Below, one piece after another: positions 32,291 to 43,725 of a DNA stretch of 64,000 bases (positions are counted from its first letter, which is position 1; the number at the start of each line of letters is the position of its first letter). Under the pieces are notes generated by a model. The model was not told the origin of the DNA. It worked only from the letters and a program-made list of their open reading frames with translations, and searched no databases. A program made the translations under genes and the position numbers. Location of the stretch: the NCBI GenBank assembly GCA_946965045.2, contig OX337240.1, forward strand, positions 186,001 to 250,000, written 5' to 3'. The DNA comes from Epithemia pelagica (taxonomy: Eukaryota > Protista > Bacillariophyta).

Positions 32291-33055
32291 ATGAAAGAAG
32301 CTGGATAGATAATGGGATTGAACAGGGGAATCTCGATAGCGTTCGGTGATCGGTTGTTGTTGTTGCTGCTGCTGCTGTTGTTGTTGTTTGTTGTGGTGTG
32401 TTGGGTGGAGGTGGAGGGAGATGAATGAGCATCGATTCTGGTGGTCGTTGATTGTTGAATGACTAGTATGCTAAGTTGTTCAGTTTTCTTTGGGACATCC
32501 ATGTGCGTCAGTCTTTCTGGCAGCTGCTGTGTGATGTGGTGGGAGTGGAAATTCGTGATTCAAAGGTGAGGGGACAGACGCTTGCGCATGAGGGTTGCGT
32601 CATGCGCGTCTCGGGGGGGTCGAGCGCGCCAGATAGTTGTAGTGCGCATTATCGGAGTGTGGCGCGCGTTATTCGTGGTTTGATCGCGGGCTTGTGCGCA
32701 TTAAAATTGTGGCATGCGCGTGATAGTCAGCTCGATCTCTAGAACTAGCTAGAGAAATGTGCATTGTTAGACCTAGATTTGCAGATTTAGTTGGAAAAGC
32801 AGGATTATAGTTAAAAACTGCGCATATAAAAATAAACTGCGCATAAAAAATTTTAATTCGGCGAATTTTTTCTAGAAATTCGCTTTTGGGGGTGGAAATC
32901 AAGCGCCAGGGCCCATTTCCCTCCTTAGATGATTACTTAGGCCCCCCGATCTCGTCGACGTTCCTTCCCTCTCGTTCTCGAAAATCAGGAAGGAAGGAAG
33001 ACCATGAGATTGTGCTTTCGACGGCTCCATCCTACCTAAACCAGTGTTTTGAACC

Positions 33056-36000
33056 ATGAATGTTATAGACTTAGTAACTAGTAGTGAGGAGAATGACTCA
33101 TCCAGCTCGTCGGATTCCTCCACCTCGATGATGTTTCTCTTCGAGGATGACAACATGTGGAACTGGAACCACGAGTACGTTCCGAGGGTCCTCGAGTGCA
33201 CTGGAGAGTCTGAGGAGCACAGTCTCTCCAGTGACCCTTGGATCCTCAAAAAGGGCTATCGATGGTAAGTTTTTTGTTTGATTGTTGCATTGTTGAGGCT
33301 GTTTGATGGCCGGGAAGATGATTTTTGGCCATGGTGGTCTTCCTTTTCCGTCGCTTTCTTCCTGGTCGCACTTAGCGTTTCCAGGCTCAACGGATTTGAA
33401 TCCTTCTCTCACTTGTCACTTTTCCTCGGATTATGAAATTGAAAAGCACCACTGTGAGGAAGACCATGATGAAGACTCGACAGACGACCCGCCGAGCCGC
33501 AGCGGCGGCAACCACTACCACATCGGAGAAGGAGAACATCACACCTCCGCCGACGACGACGATTGCGGGCAACAAATGGCCCTCGTGTGCAACGGAAGGT
33601 GTGGATGACCCTTCCACCTCCATTCCTCTCTCGATCAGCATTGCTCGACCAGAACAAGGGTAAGTCTGTTGATTGTTGCTTGGTGGCTTCTTGATTGTTG
33701 CATCGATTTCGTTCTTTGCTAACTCGTTGATTGTTTTGTTGTTCACAGGGGACGCCGCCCTCCGTTGGAGCCACGACCTGGTGTTCATCCCAACCTTCCC
33801 GAAGCTGCCGCGGCTTCCACCAACACAACCGGAACCCAACAACCCAACTCGTTGGCCATCAGGTATGTTGATTGTCGCGTTCATCATTGTTGGTTTGCTC
33901 GTTGTTTGTTGCGTGTCATGTTGCATTCGTTCTGCTCTAGCCGGTTGATTGTTTTGTGTCAGGAACGAAGAGCCTACCACCGTTGTTGTGGATTCTCTTC
34001 CTGACATGGTGAGCTCTCCCATGCGTCAGGTCATGGAGCTCCGACTGTCCTCCCACCTGATTCCTCCATCGTTGGACGTCATCGCCGCTGCTTTTTCGTC
34101 GCGGACCGATCTGGTCGTCGACGAGGCGACCAACAAGATCATGATGGTGCACCAGACCTCCAATACCGTGCCCAGTCTCCACGACCGCCCGAACGACCTT
34201 GCCGCTCTTTCGCGCTATGCCTTGTTGTCCAAGGATGCGCTCGGCCCGAACACTGGGGCTCTTTGCAACTCGTCGCTGAACACCAAGAGCTACGAACGGG
34301 AAAAGAAGCAGAACTTCAAACGCTTCCATCAGACTCTTCAGCAACACCACGAACTGGACATCCTGGTCCACCTCTTGCCCGATCCGACGAACCCCAAGAA
34401 GTTTACTCTTCGTTTCTTCCTCTTGCTCCGAGGAACGAAGATTCCCGAGAAGGAAAATACCCTGAACCTGGCAATGTCGCTTTTTGTGAGTACTTTGAAA
34501 GCGAAAAAAGGCAAGGTGTACCAACCTGCTGTGATCAAGAAGTTTGTTGATCAATGCTTTGCCGTCTTTCGAAGCAACGGTATTGAGTACTCTGTACCTG
34601 ATTTGCGTTCGACGAAAGGATCTTTTTTGGCACAGTGCGCAGACATCTTTCGGGTGGAAGCCGAAAAAGATCCAGACTATGGACGTCGTCCGAACAAGGC
34701 GATGGTTTGTATGAACGACGAAGAACTTTTCTGAACGCAAGCCGATGCTCCGATTGACTGGATCAACATCCCCGAAGACTGTCTACGTTGTGTGGTCTAC
34801 AAGGTTTCTCGCCTGACTGGAACGCGTGGTGGGGAGGTCAGTCGCTACTTGTTGTCGTTGATTGTTATTGAAACGTCTCTCACTCATTCGTGTTTTATTT
34901 GTAGACCTACTTATTGAAAGCGGACGAAGTGATTCACATTCCGGCCCTGTCGGATTCCTACGGTGAAGAATTGGCTGAGTTGCCGGCATTCCAACTGAAG
35001 GAATGCGACCGAGAGAAGACGTCGGGTCTGACTTGGGCGAAGCCGACTCTTCGTGATGACGAAGATCTCGTAGTAAATCTTATTGTAGACGATCCAAACG
35101 ACGAGTGGAGTACCTACAAACTCCTGAAGCACTGGATTGATCGCGGATTGCCGAGAGGATGGAAAGGCCCGCTCTTTCTCAATATTGCTTCGCAGAAAGA
35201 GCGCGAGTCTCGTCCTCGCGGGGACGACTGGAGGGCTGGCACGAAAATGGTTCCGGACACAAGCAAGGCTGCCAAAGAAGAATACGAGAAAGCCTGAAAG
35301 TTAGGTCACAACGTCACTCCCCCCATGCGTCCGTCTGGTCAGTTGGGCAAGAACTGGGCCAATCAAAACGCGAAGATCTAGTTCCGGAGGTGCGGCCACG
35401 AACAGTGGCAGAAGGCCACTTCCCGCACTGGTCGTCGTACTGGTATCTCAAACGTGGCAGAATCCGGAGTTCCTCAAATTTTGGTGAACAAGTTCGGACG
35501 GCACAAAACGGATCGTGCCAGCTTCAAGTACCAGGAGTTTACGTCGTCGACGTTCTCCAAGGCCGTCAAGGCCAACTGGTACAAAGGGTCTTCCACCTTG
35601 CCCACATCTCCAACTGGTAAGTACTTTTGTTTGATTGTTGCTTGTTGCGATTTGTGTCTAACTCGTTCTTCTTTGTTTCTTCAGTTGCCAAGAAACAGAA
35701 TTCTGTCGATGCAACAGAATCTGCCGTTGCAACCCCCGCCACCAACGCCATCGAGCCACACAAATCAACGCCGCCACCGAATTGTGATACATTGAATGCA
35801 ACTGGTTTGGAGGCCGATTCGAAACCGACTGCTAAAGCGATTCCGCCTCTGCTGGAAAATTCACCGTTCTCTTCATCGGCTTTGCCATCTTCGTCTGTGT
35901 CTCCCAAACCGAAGGTACAGCCACAGGCTGTCAATGGCGCTCCTTCGTATGGTTTTGTTACACAACAACCCGGTCAGGTGATTTTACAGCAACCTCAGCC

Positions 36001-36319
36001 AATGATGATGCAGCCTCAGCAGCCGTACATGATGCAACAACAATTTTGCCAACCCCCCTTTCCGATGCAACAGCAACCCATGATGGCCCAATCCATTTTC
36101 CCTTATGGCATGAATGGTATGATGCCCATGAATACCATGCCCATGAACACCATACCCATGAACAGCACGCCCATGAATAACATGCCCATGAATGGCTTGG
36201 TTGCCCCTATGACCATGACGATGCAACCCAACATGGCTCATCAACAGCCTTTCCAGTTCATGGGCCAATCTCCCATGGATGCTTCTTCATCCAACCATGA
36301 AAAGAAGAAGAAGGATTGA
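33056..36319 (+). pseudogene. Crypton-like tyrosine recombinase gene, multi-exon, three in-frame stops
   Basis: LTGTRGGE (catalytic R), GPLFLN, TSRTGRRTG (HxxR box with H>R), KFGRHKT and FKYQ (Tyr at 35529-35531). Introns ~33660-33748, 33863-33962, 34837-34904 and 35617-35684. Stops at 34732, 35295 and 35379. Q/M/P-rich tail. Confidence 0.8.
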
Positions 36320-36755
36320 TCAATGAAAGAAACCTGAGTAGTGGTTTGATTGGTGAGTCTCATCCTGTTTTTGTTTGTTTGTGTTTCGTTTTCCTCAACT
36401 TTGTGCTTCTGTTCCACAGGCAGTCTTCCATTCGTCCACGGTAGTCACTACTACTGTAAGTAGCTGCTACACACTCTTCTCTGATTGATTGTTGCATTTC
36501 CCATTCTCACACAATCTTTTTTCTTCTTCATTTTCCTTTGCCTCTGCTTTGGTCGTTCTGTTTCCTTTCTCGTTCCGTTGGTTTCGTCGTGTCGGTTTTT
36601 CATGGTGCCCTTTTCTTCCTTGGTTGGCTCGCCCCGCTCGTTTTCGCGCGATTCGCACGAATTTTTGGTAATTACTACTTCCCGCTCCTACAATAATATC
36701 GTACTCTAGTATAAAAATGTGAGACGAACTACTTTCATAGTCTGATATGGGGTTA

Positions 36756-37466
36756 GGGGGTATATTATCGGGCGCGTGGAGCATGTGCGGAGCATGATAT
36801 GGGCGGAGAAAGGCCAAACCAACCCGGATATAGGGCTTTCCTCCGCAAAATTTACATGCGGAGGAAGAGTGCGGGTGGAGCATGGTTGGAAGCAAAATCA
36901 CGCGCCCACACACCACACACTCAATGCGTCAAACAGTCGAAGTCTTCCGATGATGGATTTGTCATGGACAAAAGCGATGACAGAGTCTATCTAGGCACTA
37001 ATATTGTAAACAAGTACATATAGTCGGCCAACTGTTGCTGCCTTGCTCTTTAGGAGTCTTTTCCATCCTCATGGTGGAGGTTGTGTTTCCATAGAGCATG
37101 GAAATTGACGTGTCTTTCCCACATGAGCTCGTAGGGCCAACAGAACAACAGGTGAAATATCCAATGGATACTCTAAATGATAAGTAGTCTATAAAGGGAA
37201 TGATTATTGTGTCCGGAAACCACCCCTTTGCTTGCCATCGTCTTCCCAAAGTTGCTCTTCTCCTTCCTTTTCGATTCCATACTTAAGGCGACCCATACGC
37301 GTTTCCGTGACGGTCGAGGATTTTGAGCGCGCGCGCCGCGCATGCTCCGCATCTCTGCATCCGCCCACCGATAATATAGACGCGCGGAGCATGCATCGTG
37401 GAGCATGCATTGCTCCCCCCATATCCATGCTTCGCCCATGCTCCGCGCGCCCGATAACATACCCCC
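36756..37466. mobile_element. PIF/Harbinger (Tourist-like) MITE, 711 bp
   Basis: 30-bp TIR GGGGGTATATTATCGGGCGCGTGGAGCATG, 28/30 identical; TTA on both sides (36753-36755, 37467-37469); internal GGAGCATG repeats. Confidence 0.88.
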
Positions 37467-37794
37467 TTAGTATTATCCATCGTGGTGGAATTTTTCGTCC
37501 CCCGGACCCCGTATGACTGGGTGGGGGTTGGTGGGGGTTGGGGGTTGGGGTTGGGGGTCAATACCGTGCAACTAATATACTCGTAGTGCGACTGCTTGGG
37601 GCAGGATTTTGTGTTGGGGAAAAGAAGGAAGATAGAGGTGCAATTGTTCCAATCCAAAGTGGATCTTTCCACCAACCAAGAGAAAAGATAGAGAGAGACG
37701 AGGACAACGACGAGCGTTGTGGAGTGAGCGCGAGAAGCACAACACAGTCTTTCCAAGAAGCACAAGAAGAAGCACAAGAAGAAGAAGAACAAGC

Positions 37795-40700
37795 ATGTTG
37801 GTCGAACCATCGACTCGAATGGCCGCCACGGCCACAACGATAACGACGATAGCCGCGGCTGCTGCGTCTCCTTCCAACCAAAAGAACAACACTACGACCA
37901 ACAACAACACAGTTTCGTGGTTGGCCTGGCGAGTCTTGGATGTCGTCGTGTGGGGCACGTTTGTGACGGTGGCCGTCACGTCGTGGATGCATCATGTGGC
38001 CACACAGTATTGGGAACCGCAATTGCGAGCCGCCTGGTGGACCAAAGATCGACAAGCGTACGAATCCACCTATTATCCCCGTTCCTGTACGGCCGACGAA
38101 ATTTCCACACAGATCCGGCCGACTTGTTCTTGCCGCCGCCCCTGCCGACAAGAACGACTGGCCGTTCCATGGATCCTCATCGCTCCTATTATTATCACCA
38201 TCAATTGCAACATGGCTTTACTATGGTTCGATCGACAATCTCCGAAAAAACCATGCGAGGCTTGCGCAATCATGTGTTACAACGCAATCAAGAGATTGGC
38301 AAAACCTACTCTGTCTTGGAAAACGAGCATCGGTACAGTTTTGGATTGGATACGACCGTGCCCATTGTCGCACAAGCCGTCATGGAATTGACCAATCACC
38401 CGCAATTGACGTACGTATAGAGAGAGTGTCAAGTGTTGTGTTGTATTGTGTTGTGCAATCTGTGCGCAAGGGGTGATGTCGTCCTGCTTGTCTGGAGAGA
38501 GCGCCGAGAATGTGTCGTTGGGGGTTCTGTTGTTTTGCCTGACAACAATGACCAAAGACTCTCACTTTCCTTGTTGCACTTTCTTGCTACTGGTCTTGTG
38601 TATGGTTGTGCGCATGTCTTTCTTTGTTGGTTTTGTCGTTTCTCGATTCTCTGTGTTGTTCTTGTAGGGAATTGGTACGTCAAGTCATGGGACCGGATCC
38701 TGCCCTGGTGGAATTGACGGCCATTACAGCCACATACGGTGCCACGGATCAAGAGTATCACAAAGATGTCAGTCCCGAGACCTCCGCCTTGCAATATGGA
38801 CGAGCCTTTGATCCCTTGTGGAGTATTTTTGTCCAATTGCAAAATACGACCGCCGTCATGGGTGCCACGGGCGTTTGTCCCGGCTTGCACTATTGCAGTC
38901 GCGGCGATCATGCAAGCCTGTGCGAAACACACGGCTATCCAATGGTGGATCCCACGACCGGCTATTGGCGTGCCGGCGATGCCTTGCTCATGAGTATGAA
39001 TTCCTTTCATCGCGGACCGGCCCACAACGATCCCAACGGAGTGGATCGGGTCATGCTTATCTTGACCTTCACACCGCAACCTCGACACCATCACCCCGAA
39101 TCGCGACAAATTTCCCAAGGCTCCACCATGTGCCTGCGACATGATTCGTGGGTAGGTAGTATTTGGATTGGTTGGTTCGACTTGGACTCTCTCTATCTTT
39201 CTCTCAATCTCTGACCCCCCTGTGTTTCCATGTCCGTCCATCATTTTGGTTCGTTCTACTTTTATGACAGGGTCATACGTGGAAGGATTTGCAACAGGCT
39301 TCGACCTATATGCAATTTCCTTGGAATTGGTTGCGTTCCTACGGTTTGTACAATGCCAAACTCAACAAGGCTGAGTGGGGCTACGATTATTTGGCCAATT
39401 TGGCCTTTCGCATCACCAACGATGAAAATTTTTACAATGCCGATTATTTGGAGGAAAGGCAAGAAGAAGGCAAACTCTTGCCCTTTGTACCCCAATGGTT
39501 GCATCCCAAACACTTGACAGAAGAGGAATTGGGCCATGAATTGGCCTGGATGATTTACTTTCAAGCCACTTTGAAACGAGTCCATCAGTTTACCTCCATG
39601 TGCGCAGCCAGTGCCATGGTCCTCTATGTCCTGGTCTATACGCTCTTGGGAGGAAGTGGCACCAGTGCCAAGAACAACAACAAGAAGAAGAAACCGACGC
39701 GTGGATGGCAACGCGGCATTCTTCAGGTCAGTGTCATGGCCGTGGTGGTCTATTCCGGCTGGTCGGCGGCGCGTCACCATGTGGATGGTACCTTGTGGGC
39801 CCGCAACATTCGCCAACATCGCTTGTACACATCCGTCTTGAACAATGAGGCAAACTTTACCGATATTGTCAGCAAGGGTTGGTCGACTTTTCCCACACGC
39901 TCCGATGTCTTGCTCGAGTATCGACTGGGCGGATCGCATTATTTGGGCATTGTCAAGGATTTGATTGACCAGGGACATTATGGCAATCGTCAGTTGAATC
40001 GACTCGTGGAAGCCTTTGCTGTCCACGACCGTAGTGTGGGGCGCAACCCTTCGGCCATGGTCTGGATGGTACGCGACGCCGTGGCGAATTGGATATATCA
40101 GACACTGCGTCATGGACAAGACACGGGAGAACCCGCACGATTTTTGCAACAAGGACGGGGTGGCCGATGGATGCTCCAGAGTCACACACAATCCTTGGAG
40201 TTTGTGTCGCATCGACTCGTAAGTCGTGCAATGTATCCCGTCTTGCATCGATTGCTCCGCGCTGGCACCCTTGTTGTCGGAATGGCGGTTTGGCGTGTAT
40301 CGAACCACGGCCATGGCCTATCGACATGCTGTACCAACCTTACTGCAACTTCAAGAACGGCTCCGGACGACAGCCATGGAAACAGCCGATCAAGCCTCGA
40401 CTCAGTATCTCCTTACCAAGCCATCGACAGTGTCCGCTAAATCGTCGTCGTCGTCGTCGTCGTCTGCATCTACATCGTCATCCTTGGTTCGTCCCATGCC
40501 GGATCATTTGCAGGTAACCCCTGATTGTTCCGCCTTGGATACGATGGACGAAACATCGTTTCCCACGAAAACGACCTTGACAGTTGGACAACGGCGGTTT
40601 GTCGTGCCAAGGATTCCAGAACAAGAGATTGCATTGGGCAGTCGTAATGCCGTGTCACCCTCTCCGGTTTCCATGGTGGCTCGCATGTCCAACCCATTCA

Positions 40701-41185
40701 AGACACCCATCCGAGAACCTTTGAGAAATGCCTGGTTGGTATCCGGTTCGATTGCACAAATTCGACAAGGCGAATATTGGTACATGGGTGTGATTACCGA
40801 TGTCTATGCCGATGCTTATTACCGCATGGATATCCCAACCGTTTTTAAGGAATTCGAAGTGGGCAAGGTTCGGCGCTTTTATCCACCCTCCTTGGTGGGA
40901 GAAATCATTCAAGTCCGTTTTAAAACAGCTGGCAAGGAGCAAGACCAGTGGGAGTTTGAAGATTGTGTCGTGATTGCTTCCCACTTTGATCGCACTCATC
41001 CAGATACGAAGCAGTACTATTACCGTCGAGGAACATGGTTGTACACAGTAGAATTTGAGGATGGGGAGGTGTTGAACAAGGTTCACTTGAGTGACATTCG
41101 ACGTCTCGTCTCGGCGGAAGAGCAGCATGCCGCGAAGCAAACTCCTCCCTTTCAAGAACGTGCTCCGGCGTACAGTAAATTATAA
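37795..41185 (+). pseudogene. Fe(II)/2OG dioxygenase (PhyH-like) + TM + Tudor-like protein, copy 1 (two frameshifts)
   Basis: GATDQEYHKD and GDALLMSMNSFHRG..R; predicted introns 38409-38668 and ~39151-39270; 1-nt deletion near 38113 and net 5-nt deletion near 40261 relative to copy 2. Confidence 0.7.
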
Positions 41186-41841
41186 GAATGATCTCCATTG
41201 GTTGTGTATCTCAACGAGAAACACCAAACGAGAGAGTGTGTGATGGTGGGATTGCGCAAACGAAGTAGTAGTTGTTGAAGTATAAAGTATAGTCGCAGAA
41301 CCATGTGTGTGTGTCGCGTATAGAGCGAGCCAGTCCGTCAACGACTATCGCGTTAGACCTCAGAGACGACCCTTTGACCGACCAAGGTCCCAACAGGCCA
41401 ACAAGTCGGAGAGTCAAACACCATCTATAGAGGAGAGGAAAAGCTTCTGCATTGGGAGATCTTCGAGCGCAATAATCAATAGTCATAATGGCTTGTCATT
41501 TATCCATGGTTGTCGTCTGTTTTGTCCCAATAGGAGAGAGAGCTTCACCAGCGAAGAAGACCATTCTTCTTCCAGGGCTCCGGCGGAACCAAAAAATGAG
41601 ACCGCCATCCGACATTCATTGGAGATGTTGCCGCACGCCGCACGCCGCACGCACCCCTGGCCCCTGGGTGACGCCGACCGGCGCTCTGTCTGTCCATCGA
41701 CCTTAATAGGTCGCATTAGGGTCGCATCAGAGTCATCTCAAAAACACCCCAAAGAGATCTTTCGGTGCATCGTCGTCATTCGGCATGATGCAGTATGGAT
41801 TGTCAAGCAAGAGAGAATAGCCACAACCGAGAAAACTACTA

Positions 41842-43506
41842 TTGCAACCATCAATGAGGCCCTTGCACGACAGGCAGGATGAAGGACTGCCACAATCACC
41901 CAATGATGATTCCAGTACAGCAAAAGCAAGTGTGAATCTGCAAGAGCCGTTTCGACAGGTCATTCAACAGGCCTTGCAACGACGACAAGACAAGGGAACC
42001 CTGAGACGTTTGCCTCAGCAACAAGATCAAGCACTAGACGACGGAAATGAGGAAGATTCGACAATCACTACCAAGAGAATTTCCATAAGAAGAAAAAGAC
42101 TACAACGCATTGATTTTTCGAGCAATGATTATTTGGGCTTGGCACACAGTGAAGGACAATATCATGCGGTCGAAGCTCGATATAAGCAAGCAGTGGCAAG
42201 GCTACAACAGAACGACACTCTAGGTGCTACGGCACCACCCCTTACGGGTTCCACTGGATCTCGGTTGTTATCGGGCGATTCACGAGCCGTTCACGAGTTG
42301 GAAGATTCCCTCAAATCAATGCACAATTGCTCGGCAGCCTTGATTTGTAACTCTGGGTACGATGCCAATTTGTCACTGTTGTCCACCTTGCCCTGTCAAA
42401 TTGTCTTGTACGATGAACTGGTACATAATTCCATTCACATGGGGTTGCGATTGTGGCAGACACAACAACAACAGCAACAACCGGCTTCTAAACAAGAAGG
42501 AGGAGGAGAATCCTCACCCCCAAAGTGGTCGCAATCCTTTGGTCACAATAGCGTTTCAGATTTACGCGCCAAACTGGAACGCATTCGCCAGCAAGAAGAG
42601 GAGGATGGCAACAAGCAACAACCGAGAACGACGACGATTATCATTGTGGTGGAAAGTGTGTATAGTATGGATGGCGATGTCGCTCCCTTGGCGGAATTTC
42701 TTGAAGTCGCACAAGAGTATCAGGCCATGATGGTCGTTGACGAAGCCCATGGATTGGGAGTCTTTGGACGATCCGCACCATCCATCAAGGCAACAACCAC
42801 CACCACTCAACGAAAGGAGGTGCCCGTTCGGGGGACAGGCGTCTTGGCCGCCTTGAATTTGGAACGTCATCGAGCCTTGCTCGCCAGTGTCTTTACCTTT
42901 GGCAAGACCGCCGGGTGTCATGGAGCAGTCTTGTGTGCGACTCATGACACAAAGCTCAAGGAATATTGGATCAATTTTGCCTATCCCCTCATTTATTCCA
43001 CGGCCCTACCCTTGCACAGTCTGGTGACGATTCAAGTCGCCTATGAAACCATGACCACAATAGGGTCTCGCAATGTATCACTTCAAGAGCAATTGCAAGA
43101 CAAAATTACCATGTTTCGATCACTCTTGATTCCCATCTTGGAGGACCAAGAACAAGAGGGCGCTCAGTCGTCGTTGTTACCCAACACAAAGTTCCAATCA
43201 CCACCACAAGCAAAGGAACGACTCGTGTGGTTGCAACCGTCCAACAGTCCCATTCAAGCCTTGAGGATTGCCGGTGGAGCGACGGCCTGTACCACCTTTT
43301 GTCAACGCGTCGCACGTCAGTCGCAAGGCCACATTCAATTGTTTCCCATCAAAGCTCCGACCGTTCCGGCCGGACAAGAACGCATTCGAATCGTCCTCCA
43401 TGTACACAATACGACGGCTCAAATCCAATGGTTGGTTCAAGTGTTACAAACAACCATTCGACAAGAATATCAGCAACAACGACAACAACAGCGATCCAAA
43501 CTGTAG
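41842..43506 (+). CDS. bioF: 8-amino-7-oxononanoate synthase (class II PLP aminotransferase), copy 1
   Basis: DFSSNDYLGL, GSTGSRLLSG, SGYDAN, DELVHNSI, ESVYSMDGD, VDEAHG, TFGK (PLP Lys), YSTALP and PTVPAGQERIRI. Confidence 0.92.
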   Translation: MQPSMRPLHDRQDEGLPQSPNDDSSTAKASVNLQEPFRQVIQQALQRRQDKGTLRRLPQQQDQALDDGNEEDSTITTKRISIRRKRLQRIDFSSNDYLGLAHSEGQYHAVEARYKQAVARLQQNDTLGATAPPLTGSTGSRLLSGDSRAVHELEDSLKSMHNCSAALICNSGYDANLSLLSTLPCQIVLYDELVHNSIHMGLRLWQTQQQQQQPASKQEGGGESSPPKWSQSFGHNSVSDLRAKLERIRQQEEEDGNKQQPRTTTIIIVVESVYSMDGDVAPLAEFLEVAQEYQAMMVVDEAHGLGVFGRSAPSIKATTTTTQRKEVPVRGTGVLAALNLERHRALLASVFTFGKTAGCHGAVLCATHDTKLKEYWINFAYPLIYSTALPLHSLVTIQVAYETMTTIGSRNVSLQEQLQDKITMFRSLLIPILEDQEQEGAQSSLLPNTKFQSPPQAKERLVWLQPSNSPIQALRIAGGATACTTFCQRVARQSQGHIQLFPIKAPTVPAGQERIRIVLHVHNTTAQIQWLVQVLQTTIRQEYQQQRQQQRSKL

Positions 43507-43725
43507 TCCGTCACGATGCAACAAGACATGCTGTTGATATCAATTTCGATCTCTTCTTTTGCAGGATCGGACTCATCTCTGCGGACGACATTCCTCGAGA
43601 TTGGAACCGATTCGCTAGCGCTATCGTTTCCGATTTCCTCTTCCTAGTAAAAGCGTATCGATGGGTCTCGGGTCTTGTCCCACACTCCGTACAACTTTGT
43701 CGGTGCTATCGTATCTTCAAGAGAT

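Larger units (their letters stand above)
14541..32933. mobile_element. Inner ~18.4-kb Plavaka-type (CMC/EnSpm-related) DNA transposon carrying a TET/JBP-like gene
   Basis: IR ATCATCTAAGGAAGGAA (14541-14557) vs TTCCCTCCTTAGATGAT (32917-32933), 16/17. It continues co-linearly but degenerately (tggcg..., cacccc..aagcg, ctagaa). Subterminal tandem repeats lie at both ends and a transposase lies inside. Exact termini are uncertain. Confidence 0.7.
14411..36750. mobile_element. Outer element bounded by 32-bp inverted repeats, encoding a Crypton-like tyrosine recombinase (~4 kb without the inner insertion)
   Basis: 14411-14442 CCCTATCAGACTATGAAAGTAGTGAGTCTCAC vs the reverse complement of 36719-36750, CCATATCAGACTATGAAAGTAGTTCGTCTCAC: 29/32 with a 20-bp perfect core. 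No target duplication. Confidence 0.7.

Noticed and set aside
14599-32894. Alternative inner termini CACCCC...GGGGTG with a GAAAG/GAAAT 5-bp target duplication
   Set aside because: Attractive because CMC elements often start CAC, but the flanks mismatch and a better 16/17 IR lies co-linearly further out. The GACT/TACT flanks at 14541/32933 are also imperfect, so the ends remain unresolved.
14541-32933. Endogenous giant-virus or Polinton origin of the RING/dioxygenase cluster
   Set aside because: No capsid, packaging ATPase, polB or primase motifs were seen; spliceosomal introns and a DDE transposase fit a DNA transposon.
36746-36750. TATGG as a CryptonS-type terminal direct repeat (recalled from the Crypton literature, unverified)
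   Set aside because: No matching direct TATGG at the left end; it is explained as part of the inverted repeat.
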